Source of the DNA: Trichodesmium erythraeum IMS101
GTDB taxonomy: Bacteria; Cyanobacteriota; Cyanobacteriia; Cyanobacteriales; Microcoleaceae
Length of the DNA: 32,000 nt
NCBI RefSeq assembly: GCF_000014265.1
Contig: NC_008312.1
Span: 5,700,001 to 5,732,000 of the forward strand
Direction of reading: 5' to 3'
A program made the position numbers and the translations under genes. A model generated the notes under the pieces. That model ran no database searches. It had not been told where the DNA came from and saw only the letters and a program-made list of their open reading frames with translations. Position 1 is the first letter of the stretch; every line of letters begins with the position of its first letter. Positions 28,586 through 32,000 of the stretch are shown piece by piece.

Positions 28586-28850
28586 AAAAGTATTTTTAGG
28601 GATTAGGGAGTCGGGAGAATCATACATGAGGTAACACTAAAAATTATCCCTTAATCTTTTTACCCAAATTTTTCCAAAATGCTAGTGGCTTTTCGGACTT
28701 ACAACTAGGCATTTTTCACACTTCCATAAAATTAAAACCTTTCTATATTTAAATGCTTTTAGAGTTAATCACCTAGCCATAAATAAAATATGGAAACCGA
28801 GGAAAGTACTAGATGGCCTACTATACTAACATCTGTATCCGATAAACTCC
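28586..28850. repeat. Dispersed ~265-bp repeat, copy A
   Basis: Begins AAAAAGTATTTTTAGGGATTAGGGAGTCGGGAG...ATTATCCCTTAATCTTT. It aligns, diverged, with 29231-29496. Confidence 0.6.
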
Positions 28851-29230
28851 TTTTCTTATAAGATTTCAAAGCAAGTAGATTTAATCTTATCCAATTTTTG
28901 GACTCACATGTCTTTATTCGATATTAAATTCAGATAGCTACCAATTTAAGCCTGGACAGCCTAATAAAGGTTTAGGCCCACAGTGATAGAAGCTATTTGC
29001 AGAGGGGAACTTGTCCAGTGTTAGGTTGGTAACCGTTAAAATAATTAGGGTTTACTGAAAAACTCAACAGTACAAAGTTATCCTAAAAAAAACCAGTAGT
29101 TTTAAAGGCTGAAAGTATTATAGGAATTTGCTTACAGCATTTATATTTGTTTTGAGAAAGTTTCTAACCTTGAAATAGCTGTAAGCCAAAGCTCGCAAAG
29201 TTATTCCCATAATTTCCCGCAATAAAAGTG

Positions 29231-29496
29231 AAAAAGTATTTTTAGGGAGTAGAGAGTCAAGAGAAATATAGAATAGGTAAGAGTAATAATTATCCCTTAA
29301 TCTTTCTGCGCAAGTATATCCAAAATAATAACTTTATGTGAGCTTTTTGAACTTAAAAGCTGAGGATATTTTCATTCCCAGACGGCTCAAGCTTTTATCT
29401 TTAAATCCTTTGATAGTTAATTAGCAAGCCAAGTCTCATTGATAATGAGAAGCAGGAGGGTACAAATAAATAGCCTATATGTATAAAATCTTAAAA
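29231..29496. repeat. Dispersed ~265-bp repeat, copy B
   Basis: Begins AAAAAGTATTTTTAGGGAGTAGAGAGTCAAGAG...ATTATCCCTTAATCTTT. A short third match (GCATTTTTAGGGATTGAGG) is at 31892-31910. Confidence 0.6.
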
Positions 29497-30127
29497 GCCT
29501 TACCCACCAATTTTTTCATTTTTTATTTCCTAGTAGTGGAATTAAACTAACTTGATGATTTTTGATTACCTCAAAAGTATATACAAAAAAGACTTAATGA
29601 CTTGGAACCTTCGGAGTCTTTTCACCTTTTAATTTAATAAAATCTACAAACTACCCGTACTACCTTAGTAGGAACTTACCAGAGAAGATTATACCCTAAT
29701 TAGGATTATTAGCGATCGCTTTACAGAAAAATTTGGTTTAGAGCCTTACTCAATAGGGGACAACTTTATTTTATGGTCACCAAAAGTAGAAAAGCTCATG
29801 GGAAATATCTGAGCAACAGGTACAAGAGAACCAACTTTTTTTTTAGTTTGAACTGTATCCTTGTATTCTCTAAAAGTTGATTTAATAATTAATCTATTAA
29901 ATGTCCCCCCAAATATAATCAATTTAGTTTCAACCCATAATTTTAAAATTTAAAAACCACTAAGAGAATTTGGGAAAAGACTTTTAGAATGAACCAAAAC
30001 ATACAGAAAATTAATATTTCCAGATTAGATATATCAAGGTCTTTAATCTCAGTGGACTCAATGAATAAATAATCCCAGTCAATTAATAAATAATCTAAAG
30101 TTTCAGCAAAATCTCTGGGCTCCGCCT

Positions 30128-31453
30128 TTAGGCCGCAGAGCTTATCAAACAACCATACAAATCGTAAATATCAGCATCTGTAATCATCACTGGAACAATA
30201 CATCCTAACCTAGCTTCCCCTTTCACATAAATAAGTCCATCAACTTCTGGAGAAAACCGTGGGGATCGACCAATTAACTCTCCTGTTTGAGGATTTTCTT
30301 GTTCAATCAATACATCAACTAATTGCCCCACTAATTTTTGATTCTGTTGCCAAGATATGGACTGCTGAACTTCCATAATTTCTTGACGACGAGCGTCCAT
30401 AACTTCTTGGGGCAACTGATTGGGCAAATTATAAGCAGGAGTTCCCTCTTCTGGAGAAAAAGTAAAGACTCCGACATGATCAAACTCATGACGCTTGACA
30501 AATTCCACTAAGTGTGAGTGATGTTCTTCAGTTTCACCAGGAAAACCTACTATAAAACTTGTCCGTAATACAGCATTAGGCATAGCTGTTTTTATTCTTT
30601 TAATTATATCATCATTAACCTGACCTTGCCAAGGTCTATTCATAGCCCTGAGAATTTCGGGATGAGAATGTTGTAGAGGTAAATCAAGATAAGGTAAAAT
30701 ATTGGGAGTATCTTGGATGGCAGTTATAACCTTGGGTGTCAAACCAGTGGGATAAGCATAGTGCATTCTAATCCAGGGTATATCAACTTTTCCGAGGGCC
30801 TCAAGCAGATCTGCCAATTTAGGTTGACCGTAAATATCAATTCCATAATTAGTTGTTATTTGGGAAATGAGGATGATTTCTTTCACACCCTGGTCCGCTA
30901 GTTTTTGAGCTTCGACGACAATAGATTCTATGGTGCGTGATCGTGCTTTCCCCCGGAGATGAGGAATAATACAGAAAGCGCAACGATAATCACATCCTTC
31001 GGCGATCCGCACATAAGCAACACCTTCAGATGTTGTGCGGTACCGGGGGGTAGTTTCGTCAGCGATGTAAGTAGGTTCTGCAGTAACTTCTTTGACACGA
31101 TCCCCTTTTTCTACCCGTTGCATCACATCTACTATTTTATGATAATCACCAGTCCCCACCAGTGCTATTGCTTCTGGCAACTCAGCTAGTAATTCTTCAG
31201 GGAAGTGTTGTGCCATACAACCTGCGATGACTATTTTTTTATTAGCTTCAGCTAATTCTACTAAAGTTTTGACAGACTCTTCTCTAGCAGCTTGGATAAA
31301 ACTACAAGTATTGACAACAACATAATCTGCTAATTCTTCGTTAGCATCTACTTCATAACCTGCCTGTACAAGTAAACCAATGATATGTTCAGTATCAATG
31401 CGGTTTTTTTCGCATCCCAGGTGAGTAAATGCAATAGTAGGTTTTGTCGACAT
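30128..31453 (-). CDS. rimO: Ribosomal protein S12 methylthiotransferase (radical SAM, MTTase)
   Basis: N-terminal UPF0004 domain ([16 protein letters not shown]), radical-SAM motif [11 protein letters not shown], and a C-terminal TRAM domain. Length and motifs fit RimO. Confidence 0.88.
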   Translation of the reverse strand: MSTKPTIAFTHLGCEKNRIDTEHIIGLLVQAGYEVDANEELADYVVVNTCSFIQAAREESVKTLVELAEANKKIVIAGCMAQHFPEELLAELPEAIALVGTGDYHKIVDVMQRVEKGDRVKEVTAEPTYIADETTPRYRTTSEGVAYVRIAEGCDYRCAFCIIPHLRGKARSRTIESIVVEAQKLADQGVKEIILISQITTNYGIDIYGQPKLADLLEALGKVDIPWIRMHYAYPTGLTPKVITAIQDTPNILPYLDLPLQHSHPEILRAMNRPWQGQVNDDIIKRIKTAMPNAVLRTSFIVGFPGETEEHHSHLVEFVKRHEFDHVGVFTFSPEEGTPAYNLPNQLPQEVMDARRQEIMEVQQSISWQQNQKLVGQLVDVLIEQENPQTGELIGRSPRFSPEVDGLIYVKGEARLGCIVPVMITDADIYDLYGCLISSAA

Positions 31454-32000
31454 TTCCGTTATATATCTCTATTAGCAACAGTTTTTTAATATAGCACATT
31501 TATCACATCAAAGTACTGAATTTTATCCTGAAGTAAAGCATTCAATTAAGTTAATTTACTTTGACTAAATTTTCCCAAAACAGTAATTTTAAATTTTGGT
31601 AATTGTCTTTTTTTGAAAATTTTATCTATTTCAAGTGTTAATGTATTGGGGAGTAAATTTTATTGCAACTATTTGATAGTTTTGATATCAGATAAGCACC
31701 ATTATACTTATTATTTACCTACTCTATTTTGACGTGAAATATATAGTATAAGAGGTTTAGTCTCAAATATAGGTGTAATTAATTTTGTATACCTGCTTAT
31801 TATCTAGGATAACTTCAACAAAATCAAGCCATAGATAGGTAAAATCTTTGATATCAAAAAGGAATAAATTCAAGGATATTAGCAGTTATAAGCATTTTTA
31901 GGGATTGAGGTAATTTTTATGTTCTTGAGTGACTTTGGCTGTTTTTTGTTTAGCTATAAAATCTTTAATTACTACTAGTTAATGTCTATATTTTTAATTT

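Noticed and set aside
29943-30152. Minus-strand ORF of 69 aa overlapping the 3' end of rimO
   Set aside because: It has no RBS, its product is hydrophobic and AT-biased with no motif, and it starts within the rimO stop region. It is most likely spurious.
1-32000. Template repeat and reverse transcriptase of a DGR, sought to pair with the candidate VR at 9299-9400
   Set aside because: I found no second copy of the GGCGGCTCCTGG...CGCTCTGCG scaffold and no RT-like ORF (YxDD motif) in the window. The DGR hypothesis therefore depends on a remote TR and remains unconfirmed.

Overview
This is a 32 kb window of AT-rich cyanobacterial chromosome. I count at least eight HIP1 octamers (GCGATCGC), for example at 1269, 2250, 8801, 14356, 19436, 19853, 26556 and 29712. 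The rpmG-rpsR-RNase II cluster and very long non-coding spacers suggest a Trichodesmium-like filamentous cyanobacterium, but that is inference only.

The housekeeping genes are nagZ, sdhB, an RDD membrane protein, rpmG, rpsR, an RNase II/R-family exoribonuclease, hisA, a CrhR-like DEAD-box helicase and rimO. At the left edge sit the 3' end of a trypsin/HtrA-like protease with a PPC domain and a secreted PPC-domain protein carrying perfect 36-bp repeats.

The main finding is a co-directional operon of about 7 kb at 2511-9491. Its gene order is:
- a trypco2-like small protein
- a trypsin-like serine protease with a coiled-coil tail
- five tandem 266-bp copies of that coiled-coil module (one stand-alone ORF, two pseudogenes)
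- a coiled-coil plus degenerate (Walker-A-less) STAND-like protein
- a MoxR-type AAA+ ATPase
- a vWA protein
- a protein with an FGE-sulfatase (FGS) domain

The last ~100 nt of the FGS gene are an adenine-depleted, GC-rich island. It looks like the variable region of a diversity-generating retroelement whose template repeat is elsewhere. I read the operon as a MoxR-vWA-type NTP-dependent conflict or programmed-cell-death system with a protease effector and a possibly hypervariable sensor.

Immediately downstream (9923-12895) is an 11-unit tandem array with a period of about 280 bp. Each unit carries a TATAAT box and a Shine-Dalgarno-preceded 31-34 aa ORF. The ORF is intact in five central units and decayed at the edges.

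The rest of the window is largely non-coding. It holds IS relics, a degenerate partial hisA duplicate and several tandem or dispersed repeats. I recognised no tRNA, rRNA or CRISPR array.
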